Shown: positions 50,073-59,530 of the stretch, one piece after another
How the letters are laid out: each line of letters begins with the position of its first letter
How positions within the stretch are numbered: position 1 is the first letter of the stretch
NCBI GenBank assembly: GCA_016840165.1
Contig: JAEOSU010000070.1
Coordinates: forward strand, 72,620 to 136,619
Length of the DNA stretch: 64,000 bases
From: Promethearchaeota archaeon
GTDB lineage: Archaea; Asgardarchaeota; Lokiarchaeia; Sigyniarchaeales; SOKP01
Reading direction: 5' to 3'
Translations under genes and position numbers: made by a program
Notes under the pieces: model-generated
The model's input: the letters and a program-made list of their open reading frames with translations, nothing else
The model's database searches: none
Told to the model about the DNA's origin: nothing

Positions 50073-51347
50073 ATGGCAGAAAAAAAAACTCAAGACCAAA
50101 TTAATCGGGAATTAAGAAAAGATTGGGATAAATTAAAATTTGAGACTCAGCAAATTCGGGCGGGAGAAGATCCCTACCCCGAAACGCCATCAAGTTTACG
50201 ATTACCAATTTACGCCACAAAATCATACGTATACCCAAATTTCACGGAATTCATTAAAAGCCATTATTATTATTCAAGAACGGAAAATCCAACGTTATAT
50301 GCATTAGATAAAAAGTTGGCGACATTGCATGGAGGGGAAGAAGCATTATCAGTCGCTTCAGGTATGGCAGCAGTTCATTTAGCTTGCTCGAGTCTATTAT
50401 ATCGGCGATTAAAGCGAGTAAAACCAAATAAAATATTTAAATATCTTCCTCAAACCCATTCCGAAGAGATTCCAAATCTCGTCATGCATAAAAACCAATA
50501 TACAGGCACATTTCGCTTATTTATGAATGTGTATCCACAAATGGGAATTGAACCTAGAATTGTTGATATGAGAGATCTACAGCAGGTTAAAGATGCAATA
50601 GATGATCAAACAAAGCTGATATTTATAGAAACCCCTGCTAATCCCTCAATTGATGTAATTGATATACAAGCATGTTCAAATATGATACATGATGCCGGCG
50701 GAAAATGTATTGTTGATAATACATTTGCCTCACCTGCCTTGCAGAAACCACTAGAGTTAGGAGCGGATTTTGTTGTTGAAAGTCTTACGAAATATATCAA
50801 TGGACATGGAGATGCAATGGGTGGAGTAATAATTGGTCCCAAAATAGAATTACAAAAGATAAGGTACTTTTGGTTAGAATTAGAAGGGCAAGTAATGAGT
50901 CCATTTAGTGCATGGTTAATATTACGTGGTTGTCGAACATTAAGCGTTCGCATGAAAAAGCACTGTGAAAATGCTAAACAAATTGCCAACTTTTTAGAAT
51001 CCCATCCTAAAGTAGCAAAGGTAGTTTATCCCGGCTTAGAGTCGCACCCAGACCATTCTATTGCCACCAAACAGATGTCTGATTATGGTGGGATGCTTGG
51101 ATTCGAATTGAAATCTCAAGAAGAGAGTCTTGACTTCATAAATCACTTGAAGATTATTAAAGTTGGTGTTTCATTAGGGGATACCACCTCATTAATTGAA
51201 TATACTTCTCTAATGACGGGTATAGATCTTTCGTCTTGGGAAAAGCGACTGATGAATATTTCAGATACCCATTTCCGATTTTCAATTGGATTAGAAGATT
51301 CCCAAGATTTGATTAATGATTTAAACCAAGCACTTAATCAATTATGA
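50073..51347 (+). CDS. Cys/Met metabolism PLP-dependent lyase (methionine gamma-lyase/cystathionine lyase family)
   Basis: YSRTENPT, SGMAA, ETPANP, DNTF, SLTKYINGHGD, VSLG. Confidence 0.9.
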   Translation: MAEKKTQDQINRELRKDWDKLKFETQQIRAGEDPYPETPSSLRLPIYATKSYVYPNFTEFIKSHYYYSRTENPTLYALDKKLATLHGGEEALSVASGMAAVHLACSSLLYRRLKRVKPNKIFKYLPQTHSEEIPNLVMHKNQYTGTFRLFMNVYPQMGIEPRIVDMRDLQQVKDAIDDQTKLIFIETPANPSIDVIDIQACSNMIHDAGGKCIVDNTFASPALQKPLELGADFVVESLTKYINGHGDAMGGVIIGPKIELQKIRYFWLELEGQVMSPFSAWLILRGCRTLSVRMKKHCENAKQIANFLESHPKVAKVVYPGLESHPDHSIATKQMSDYGGMLGFELKSQEESLDFINHLKIIKVGVSLGDTTSLIEYTSLMTGIDLSSWEKRLMNISDTHFRFSIGLEDSQDLINDLNQALNQL

Positions 51348-51391
51348 TTTTTTTCCATTTCTTCCTTTTGGTAATAATAAAATAAAAAAAA

Positions 51392-52744
51392 TTAAATAGA
51401 ATCTACTCTCGATTCTTTTTCTTTATGTAGTTCATATAATTTTGTTTTAATCTCTTCTACTCTTGCTTTTGGAAAGGGATAGAAATAGAGGCATAATAAT
51501 AAGATTCCTAATGCAATACCCGGAATGACTATAAATAGTAATCGTAGTGCAAGTGTCATGTCAATCAAAGGATTATAAAGTTCCCAATCACTCTGAACAA
51601 ATACTAAACCGATGGTAAATATGGATGCTATCATTGAGAGTCGCATGAAAAAGTTAGTGATACCAAAAAATGCTCCTTCATGTCTTGTGCCTGTTTTTAG
51701 CTCATCCTCATCAATTACATCCGCAATGATTAGATAAATGTAATATATCATTCCCCCGAACCCTATGCCCATGAATAATGCTATTACTACTGCTATTTCA
51801 TATATATTGATAAGCATCAATGGAAGAGATGCGAGAAAGTATGCAGTGACAGATAATGCTAAACCTTTTCTTGAGCCGATTTTAATATCTAACCATCTCC
51901 AAAGAATTACTGATAAAGCGCCCATTATATACATGATACCCATAATAATTGAGGTTTGAAACTCAGTGGCTCCCAAAACTTGTTTTCCGAATATCTGAAC
52001 CAATGTAGCAAGAAGGAGGATAACATATTCATAGAGAAAGAATATGATTGTATAGAGTACAAATCCTTTATTTTTTAGAGAGTACTTTAAACCCTCAAAG
52101 AACTTAAAGGATTGTTGATAATCTAACTTAAACTCTCTTCGTTCCTTCACACCCCATTTTAATGCAATTATCAACGATATTCCTACTATTATCGATGTAA
52201 CGACTCCATTTATTAAATAAGACATAGTATTGCTGTCTACAATAAAACCAGGGACTAATGCTGCCGCTAATAACCCTACAACTGCAAGTAATTGTTTTAT
52301 AGTGTTTACTTCTGAACGTTCCTTCACACTTGTATATAATTCTGGAAATAAGCTGTCGAATGGGAGTGCAATCATAGTATAAAAGGTGTCATAGCAAATC
52401 AACATAATTAATAAATAAATAAATATGGTAAGTTGATTATTTGTAGGAGGGAGCCATAAGATTATCTCTAATATTAACATTGGAATGATTCCTATCATGA
52501 TGTAGGGTTTTCTACGACCCCATCGGGTGTTTGTACGGTCTGATAAATAGCCAATAAAAGGATCATTGAATGCATTCCATAAGGTCCATATGACAGCTGC
52601 AAGAACATACCACCTTATATCCAACCCTACAACTGTAAAGTAATAATAAAAGACCCAGATATTAAAAGCCGTATTGATAAACCATTGAGCGAAAGAACCC
52701 GCACCAAAAGCCCATTTTTGACCTTTGCTAAATTTAGTACTCAT
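51392..52744 (-). CDS. MFS transporter, glycoside-pentoside-hexuronide (MelB-like) family
   Basis: NDPFIGYLSDRT.TRWGRRKP; ADVIDEDELKTG.R.EG. Confidence 0.9.
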   Translation of the reverse strand: MSTKFSKGQKWAFGAGSFAQWFINTAFNIWVFYYYFTVVGLDIRWYVLAAVIWTLWNAFNDPFIGYLSDRTNTRWGRRKPYIMIGIIPMLILEIILWLPPTNNQLTIFIYLLIMLICYDTFYTMIALPFDSLFPELYTSVKERSEVNTIKQLLAVVGLLAAALVPGFIVDSNTMSYLINGVVTSIIVGISLIIALKWGVKERREFKLDYQQSFKFFEGLKYSLKNKGFVLYTIIFFLYEYVILLLATLVQIFGKQVLGATEFQTSIIMGIMYIMGALSVILWRWLDIKIGSRKGLALSVTAYFLASLPLMLINIYEIAVVIALFMGIGFGGMIYYIYLIIADVIDEDELKTGTRHEGAFFGITNFFMRLSMIASIFTIGLVFVQSDWELYNPLIDMTLALRLLFIVIPGIALGILLLCLYFYPFPKARVEEIKTKLYELHKEKESRVDSI

Positions 52745-52895
52745 TTTTTATTCATGTGAATTTATAGTAAATATTTCAGTATAGTAATAAAATACACTAT
52801 TTAAGAGTTGTTAAAAGAATAGTATTACTCTTTGTTAAATTAAATTATTAGATGAAAAGTCCTTCAAGAGCGCTCTATTCCTTATTAAAACACTT

Positions 52896-53111
52896 TTAAG
52901 GTTTAGAATATTTTTCGATAATATAATTTTGTAGACTCCAAGTGTACTTTTCAAGATTTAAGAGTAGTAACTTCTGTTCCATTTCTCTTAAGTAGGATAC
53001 ATCTAGTTCCTTAAAAAGGTCTTTAAGACTCTCTATATTTTCAAAAATTTTATTGATGACTTTCCAATCATGTGCCCATTCTTTATCTTGAAGTGTTAAG
53101 TTGTCCATCAT
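52896..53111 (-). CDS. Small hypothetical helical protein
   Basis: 71-aa ORF with typical composition. Confidence 0.65.
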   Translation of the reverse strand: MMDNLTLQDKEWAHDWKVINKIFENIESLKDLFKELDVSYLREMEQKLLLLNLEKYTWSLQNYIIEKYSKP

Positions 53112-53218
53112 TCCAAGTTTATTATGGTGGTTTAAATATATAAACGTTTAGTAATTCATAGTTTACTGATTTAAAAATAATGAAAAATAATTTGATAAAA
53201 AAATTCGAAGAATTAAGG

Positions 53219-53752
53219 TTAAGCTCTTATAACGACCACATGAGCGAGATGTTGGGTAACTCTTAGACTTTGCCAGCCTTGATCATTCTTTAGAAAGAGA
53301 ATTCCAAAGATTACATCCAATACCAAAAAACCTGTAGCCTTCGTTAGATTATTTAATGCATACATAGAGGGGTCGGCAATTTCAAAATTTTCCTCATTAA
53401 CCGTTCTAATTTTTATAAGTACTTTTCCGAGAGTTTGACCACTATTAAACGTTTCCAATAACCAAAAATACAAAAAGCCTACAACGAAATTATAGGCATT
53501 TGTTAATAATAGTAAACTTCCGAAGTTGAGAAATATAGAGAGTGGTGATGAGATAGTAATCACAATGATAATATCTATAAGCCAAGCAAAGGCTCTCTGT
53601 AGAAAATCAGCGTATTCAATAGCAGAATCTTGAGATTTAAAAGAAGTTTTCTGAATATTAGGTCTTTTCGTTAGATTATAACCACAGTTTGAACATCGAT
53701 CCTTATTTTCATCTAATTTACTTCCACATTTAGGACAATAATTTAGTGCCAA
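53219..53752 (-). CDS. Zinc ribbon plus RDD family membrane protein
   Basis: CPKCG..CSNCG; RAFAWLID; GQTLGK. Confidence 0.85.
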   Translation of the reverse strand: MALNYCPKCGSKLDENKDRCSNCGYNLTKRPNIQKTSFKSQDSAIEYADFLQRAFAWLIDIIIVITISSPLSIFLNFGSLLLLTNAYNFVVGFLYFWLLETFNSGQTLGKVLIKIRTVNEENFEIADPSMYALNNLTKATGFLVLDVIFGILFLKNDQGWQSLRVTQHLAHVVVIRA

Positions 53753-53871
53753 AATTGCATCATTTTTTTGTTCTTTTATTTAAATATTTTAAAATTATTA
53801 AAGTAAAAAATTATTTCGAATATAATATTTATAGAGACCAATCTTCACGTTTATTGCTAGATTCCTTGAGC

Positions 53872-55020
53872 TTAAAGATAGAGTTGAAAATTTCTTTCTA
53901 TTAAGTCTTTAGTTCCTTCAAATTCTGAAATATTAATTATTTTATTCAAGTCTTGAATATCATTTAATTCTTCTGAATATTTTTTTCCAAATTCTTCAGA
54001 AAAATTTTGAGACAAGGTTTCTACGATGGCATTCTTTTTGTTAGTACTTATCATCACCGCATAGCCTCCTTTATTTTCATATAAAACAAGGATGTCAGAA
54101 TTTTTTGTCTTAATTAGTTCTATTTTGTCTTCTTTATCTGTAAATTCGCTCAAAATATAATTCAAGCCAATTAATACATTCCCCCAGATTTTTGAATCAT
54201 CCTGAAACTCAGTTTGCTTTTCAAATTGATAAGAATATAACAATATCCCTGACTTATGATAGATATTTACGGCATAGATCTTATTAGGGAGGATAAAAAA
54301 CAATTCGGGTTTTGTAATTAATACAATATCAACAGCAAAATAGGTTATCCAAATCAATGTAATGTATAATTCTCGGTAAATTGGAGCGCTAAATAAAATA
54401 TATAGAATATACATAAAGGAAGGTAATGAATATATAATTGAATTAATGACTAATGGGAGGCTTTCTGTTTTATTTTTATATTCAAAATTGATTTTAAGAG
54501 AAACATATAGAAGATACAATATAACCGTTATCTGAAATATTATGATAATGAATCCAGAAAAAAAATCAAAATAAAAGTTAACTACAGAAGGATCTCCAAA
54601 AAAAAAAGGAATAGGATCAGATATTTGGATAGAATATTGAATAGAACCAGGTAATATAAGTATCCCGATTAACAATCCAAACATCATTGCTAAGTATAAA
54701 AATGGAAAACTTTGTACTTTTCTATACTTTTTGAAGAAAGAGTAGATAATTGCATTAATTATTAAAGAAATAAATCCCGTAATAATAGAACCCTTCCATA
54801 GAATGACACTCAAGTTATCAGATACATAAAAGAGAATCGAAAAGATAAAGAAAGTAGAGAATATTATCCCTCCATTAAAGATTGCTGCAATATTTAAGTA
54901 CATATTCAATTCTGTTCCATAAGCTATACGATTCCTTAAAATATGTGAAGTTGAGACTATAGTTATAATTGAAATGACGATATAACCAATGAAAAGTATA
55001 AAACCCGTTAAACTTAGCAT
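53872..55020 (-). CDS. Seven-TM membrane protein with C-terminal longin-like domain
   Basis: About 7 TM then IYHKSGILLYSYQF...GNVLIGLNYILSEF...F.EEF.KKY. Confidence 0.65.
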   Translation of the reverse strand: MLSLTGFILFIGYIVISIITIVSTSHILRNRIAYGTELNMYLNIAAIFNGGIIFSTFFIFSILFYVSDNLSVILWKGSIITGFISLIINAIIYSFFKKYRKVQSFPFLYLAMMFGLLIGILILPGSIQYSIQISDPIPFFFGDPSVVNFYFDFFSGFIIIIFQITVILYLLYVSLKINFEYKNKTESLPLVINSIIYSLPSFMYILYILFSAPIYRELYITLIWITYFAVDIVLITKPELFFILPNKIYAVNIYHKSGILLYSYQFEKQTEFQDDSKIWGNVLIGLNYILSEFTDKEDKIELIKTKNSDILVLYENKGGYAVMISTNKKNAIVETLSQNFSEEFGKKYSEELNDIQDLNKIINISEFEGTKDLIERNFQLYL

Positions 55021-55182
55021 AGTTATTAAGTTCTTTTATTAGTTTATTTTCTTATGTGGTTAAAGCTTTAACTTGAATTCTATTCGCTTAATACCCTAAA
55101 AAATAAAAGTAAGATCTGGTATAAAAGCATTACCTCATAAAATATGTATATAAAAAAAATCAAATTTAATTACGGTTCATTT

Positions 55183-56286
55183 TTAGGATTTTTCAATTAT
55201 ATATCGCTTAAAACATTCATTGATTAGGAGTTTCGTCTCTGAAAACCTCGAAATATCAATTAATCCGTGAAGATTTACTAAATAGTCTTTAAATCGCTTA
55301 GAAAATTTATGATTAAAATTACTAACTGAGTGCTCTAATGTAGCATTTTTATGTTTCGCAATTAATAAAATCGCATAACCAAGCTCATTATCAAATTGAA
55401 AAATGACACCTTTATCTCGCAACTCTATCAAGTCCAATTGATTCTTTACGTTCGAAAAATTATTGAGAATATGATTAATTCCAATTAAGATACTCCCCTT
55501 GAGGAGTGAATCGTCAACTTCTTTATCGCTTTGAAAATTGTATGAAAAAAGTAAGATCCCCGATCGATGAAATATAATGAAATCATAGATTTTATTAGTA
55601 AAAACAACCAAAAAGTTTGGTCTTTTGATAATAATGATTAAAATTATTATCCCATTTAAGAAATAGGAAATGAGAAAAAGAATTTTTAAAAACATTATTG
55701 GAAAAATCAAAAAAAGTGAATAAATAACCATTCTTAACACAAAGACAATATCAAAATAATTAAATAAGATACCTAATCCTCTGTCACTATAGTTTTTAAA
55801 TCCTGAAATTTGAGTAATAATTGTGATAAGGACAATCATTAAATTGTATAATAAAATTGAAATTAATAATAATTCATTTTGAAATAAATATGAATAACTA
55901 TTGGTCGATTCGATGACGAAGAACGAATTTGGGCCAACCATCAAACTAATCATAATGCCTAGTAACGTAATTCCGATGAGAACAGGGAGATATCTAACTC
56001 TACTTTTTTTATTCAGCTCAATTGCATGAACAGAAGTCCATATTCCCGTTGAAATTGCTCCAGATATAAGAGCACCATACCATAATACCAAAGCATATTC
56101 TTGGTCAAATATCTTTTCTGTAGAAAGATTAAAGAATGTAAAAGCGTGAATTTCATTTATAAAAAAAATGATAAGCATAATTAAGAAATTTCTATCTGGT
56201 TCATATGTTTCCCTTACAATTATAATATAGGTCAGGGATATAAGAATGATGGAAATATATAGTACTATATTGATTATACCAAGCAT
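55183..56286 (-). CDS. Seven-TM membrane protein with C-terminal longin-like domain (paralog)
   Basis: About 7 TM then IFHRSGILLFSYNF...GSILIGINHILNNF. Confidence 0.65.
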   Translation of the reverse strand: MLGIINIVLYISIILISLTYIIIVRETYEPDRNFLIMLIIFFINEIHAFTFFNLSTEKIFDQEYALVLWYGALISGAISTGIWTSVHAIELNKKSRVRYLPVLIGITLLGIMISLMVGPNSFFVIESTNSYSYLFQNELLLISILLYNLMIVLITIITQISGFKNYSDRGLGILFNYFDIVFVLRMVIYSLFLIFPIMFLKILFLISYFLNGIIILIIIIKRPNFLVVFTNKIYDFIIFHRSGILLFSYNFQSDKEVDDSLLKGSILIGINHILNNFSNVKNQLDLIELRDKGVIFQFDNELGYAILLIAKHKNATLEHSVSNFNHKFSKRFKDYLVNLHGLIDISRFSETKLLINECFKRYIIEKS

Positions 56287-56420
56287 TTTGGAATGGATTC
56301 CAATTTCTATTAATCCAAATTCTACTTAACTAAGAAATATTATAAAAATTATTTAAAACTATTCTATAATTTTTAATAGATGTAAGATATAGTATTAATT
56401 CCAATTTCAACAAACATTTT

Positions 56421-56909
56421 TTATATACTATTTAACCAACCATTTTTAGTATGGAATCTAACATCAAATTCAGACACATAAGGTTTGATATCAAGCACAG
56501 GGGTCCTGTCTATGGCATCAACTCCTTTAATGTGTATAACATTTCGCTTCACATTAATAACTTCGAATATAGATAATCCGATCGGGTTCGGTCTAAACGG
56601 AGTCCTTATAGCAAAGACCCCTTTCTTCTCACTACTCGAAAAAGATCGTGATAGTAATGGCACTGGAGGTTTAATTAAGTCAAAATGATATAAACAGTAG
56701 ATGTGTGAAAAGCCTTCTAAATCTTTCAAACCATCTTGAAAATCTTCGAATATTTCAATAGTGCCCTCTACTTCTGAAAGAGAACTTTGTCTAGGGACTC
56801 CGGCCATCGATTTAAAGGGGGTATATATAATCCCTATTGGTTTAAAACAAATTTCTTCTGGAAAATTTCTGGATTTAATATTTTTCACCTTACGTTTGGT
56901 GAATCCCAT
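56421..56909 (-). CDS. tsaA: tRNA m6t6A37 methyltransferase TrmO/TsaA family
   Basis: PIGII.TPF, LEGFSH, GVFA.R.P.RPNPIG, TPVLDIKPY. Confidence 0.85.
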   Translation of the reverse strand: MGFTKRKVKNIKSRNFPEEICFKPIGIIYTPFKSMAGVPRQSSLSEVEGTIEIFEDFQDGLKDLEGFSHIYCLYHFDLIKPPVPLLSRSFSSSEKKGVFAIRTPFRPNPIGLSIFEVINVKRNVIHIKGVDAIDRTPVLDIKPYVSEFDVRFHTKNGWLNSI

Positions 56910-57005
56910 AGACTTATTGAACTTTACCTATTAAAAAAAATTTTTTCTAATAACGTTCCTTAAGGAAATGGATAAAAAGTCATATGCGTATAGTTTAAAT
57001 AGGAA

Positions 57006-58871
57006 ATGAAAGAATTCATTGAATTTCTTAGAAGCCACAAAATAATATCTATCTTAAAAAAGCGATATCTTAAAGATTCAAATTCCTACGAGCAAATTAC
57101 ATTTTTAGATAATTTAAATGAAACTTTATGGCAATCGAATGAAAAAGAAAATAACAATCTTGATAAGCTGGCATCATTATACGAACGAAATGTATCCTAT
57201 CATCAGCGGAAAAGAATGGGAGAGATATACACTCCGCGAGATATTGTAAATGAAATATTAGATGGAGTGGGTTTTTGTAATAATAACTGTGATGGAAGTA
57301 AGAGTATTATAGATATTAGCTGTGGAGCGGGAAGTTTTTTAATTCAAGCAGTAAAAAGAATTATTAAATGCAAGACAAAAATTAGTAAGAATTTAGATTT
57401 AACCGGCTTAAAAGAGGTTATTAATTTAATTAAATCAAAAGTAATTGGGATAGACATTAATCCTATAGCTTGCATTTTATGTCAAATTAACCTACTATAT
57501 GCGCTATTTAAGGTTATCACTAAAATTATCGCAAAAGATCCTATATACCAAATTCCAATCTTTCATATAGAAAATCAAAATATATTTTCGCATTCATTTA
57601 ATCAGAAGTATGATTTTATTGTAGGTAATCCGCCTTACTTGTTTATAAGAGACATCCCCCAGGAGCAAAAAGAGATAATTGAAAGTAGAGCCTATGAAAC
57701 CTCCCAAGGACAATATGATTATTATCAGTTATTTATTGAAATTGGTATAAAGCTACTGAACTCTAATGGGAAGTTGGGCTTTATTGTTCCCGATTCGATT
57801 CTAGCTTTATCAAATCGAAATGTAATAAGAAAATACATTTATAACCATACGCTTATTAAAAAGATTTTGTATTTAGGACCCCAGTTTGAAGAACCAATAG
57901 TCTCCAATATCATTTTAATTCTGGAGAAGGAACTAGATCGCAAAAAAAGAGAAAATAATCTTGTAGAGATTACGCTTAGAAGAAAATCTGTTATTATTTC
58001 TAATTCGATCCTCCAAAAATATTTCAAGGAATGGAATTATAAATTTCTTATAACCCTTAATCAAGAAGACATTGAGATTTTAGATTATTTAAACAAAAAT
58101 TTTCCTAAGCTTAAGCATTTAATGGATGTTCCTAAGTATAATTTATACCTAAAGCGAGGAGTAGAGCTTACTAAAGAAGGAAAAATTATCTATTGTCAGT
58201 CATGCAATAAGTATTATCCACTTCCAAAAGGTAAACTAGTATGTAAAGACTGTAATAACCAATTAACCACTCGAGCAATTGAAAATATTATTGTAGATCA
58301 AAAACCTCAACAGCAAAAAAAGGATTATGCTTCATTCATTTATTCAATAAATCGATATCAAATCAAGCAATTCAAATATATCATTTTAAACAAACCAGGA
58401 ATTAACTATAAATCTTCTGAAATCTATAAGGACCGAATTATAATAAGACAATTGACCCAAAACAATTTGATTTGTGCTACTTATAGTAAGAATGGTTACA
58501 CTTCTCAATCACTTTATAATTTAGGGATTGAAAACTCCCCCGTTCCAGAATTTAACAGTTTATATCTACTTGGCTTAATTAATTCTGAATTGCTATCGTT
58601 TTATTTTATGAAATCATTTGGGTCGTATAAGGAGTTATATCCTAGAATCCTCCTTGAAAAAATTAAGGATTTACCAATTAAGGTTCCTCAAAATATAAAT
58701 GAGAAGAAAATATCTAATATGATAACTAAATTCATTAAAGAAATATTAAAGTTAATAGAAACTGATCCATCTTTGAGTAATAAATATCAAATGAAAATAA
58801 ATCAGCTCATTTATGAATTATACAATATCAATGATGAAGAGAGAGAGTATATAAAAGAATTTCTCTATTAA
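57006..58871 (+). CDS. N6-adenine DNA methyltransferase (Eco57I/TaqI-like, gamma class), apparently orphan
   Basis: GEIYTP, DISCGAGSF, VGNPPY, TaqI_C-like YLLGLINS; internal CxxC-CxxC. Confidence 0.85.
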   Translation: MKEFIEFLRSHKIISILKKRYLKDSNSYEQITFLDNLNETLWQSNEKENNNLDKLASLYERNVSYHQRKRMGEIYTPRDIVNEILDGVGFCNNNCDGSKSIIDISCGAGSFLIQAVKRIIKCKTKISKNLDLTGLKEVINLIKSKVIGIDINPIACILCQINLLYALFKVITKIIAKDPIYQIPIFHIENQNIFSHSFNQKYDFIVGNPPYLFIRDIPQEQKEIIESRAYETSQGQYDYYQLFIEIGIKLLNSNGKLGFIVPDSILALSNRNVIRKYIYNHTLIKKILYLGPQFEEPIVSNIILILEKELDRKKRENNLVEITLRRKSVIISNSILQKYFKEWNYKFLITLNQEDIEILDYLNKNFPKLKHLMDVPKYNLYLKRGVELTKEGKIIYCQSCNKYYPLPKGKLVCKDCNNQLTTRAIENIIVDQKPQQQKKDYASFIYSINRYQIKQFKYIILNKPGINYKSSEIYKDRIIIRQLTQNNLICATYSKNGYTSQSLYNLGIENSPVPEFNSLYLLGLINSELLSFYFMKSFGSYKELYPRILLEKIKDLPIKVPQNINEKKISNMITKFIKEILKLIETDPSLSNKYQMKINQLIYELYNINDEEREYIKEFLY

Positions 58872-58954
58872 GTTTAAATTCTCGCTAAAAAGAAGGAGAA
58901 AGTTAAAAATTCGAAATACACATCAAATTAAGGTTCTTTCATAATTTTTACTAC

Positions 58955-59119
58955 TTAGGTGAGATATTTCTTGTTAGTATATGCTTTCAAAATTCTTTCC
59001 CATTTATTTGCTAAATCAGTCAAACCAGTTTTTTTGAACAATTCTACTGCCCGTTCTAAGATTTGCTCGATATTATTTTCAAATATTTTTTGTTGTGATA
59101 AAGGAATATTTTCTATCAT
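58955..59119 (-). CDS. Small helical protein (54 aa), paralog of 59225-59401
   Basis: MIENIPLSQQKIFENNIEQILERAVELFKKTGLTDLANKWERILKAYTNKKYLT; below the ORF-track length cut-off. Confidence 0.65.
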   Translation of the reverse strand: MIENIPLSQQKIFENNIEQILERAVELFKKTGLTDLANKWERILKAYTNKKYLT

Positions 59120-59224
59120 AGTTCATAACAACAAAAGTGGGTATTTAAAGAAGAATATTATTGAGATGTAGTTTTTAAAATATTCACATATGAATTACGA
59201 TAATATTTAGGCGTTTTTTCTCAG

Positions 59225-59401
59225 CTATTGTATGAGATTTGAATTTTGATAGTTTTTTAAAATCTTATCACATTTAGTTGCAAGCTCCGATAAGCCTGTT
59301 TGACGACACATCACCACTACTTTATTTAATAACTTTGCGATATTTTCATCATTTTCGGGAGATTTTGGGTCCATATCATTTTCTGAGAAAGTGATCAACA
59401 T
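59225..59401 (-). CDS. Small helical protein (58 aa), paralog of 58955-59119
   Basis: MLITFSENDMDPKSPENDENIAKLLNKVVVMCRQTGLSELATKCDKILKNYQNSNLIQ; 14/32 identity with neighbour in an ungapped manual alignment. Confidence 0.65.
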   Translation of the reverse strand: MLITFSENDMDPKSPENDENIAKLLNKVVVMCRQTGLSELATKCDKILKNYQNSNLIQ

Positions 59402-59530
59402 TAAAAGAGATAGTATTATCTGGATAATTCACACTTCGACATTATAAAGAATTCACTCTCTAATAGCTATATTTAAATTAGTATAAGATATAATAATTTT
59501 AAGAAAAGAATCATTTAAGATGGAGTAAAC

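Noticed and set aside
58959-59171. 70-aa + strand ORF
   Set aside because: Antisense shadow of the better-supported minus-strand micro-protein.
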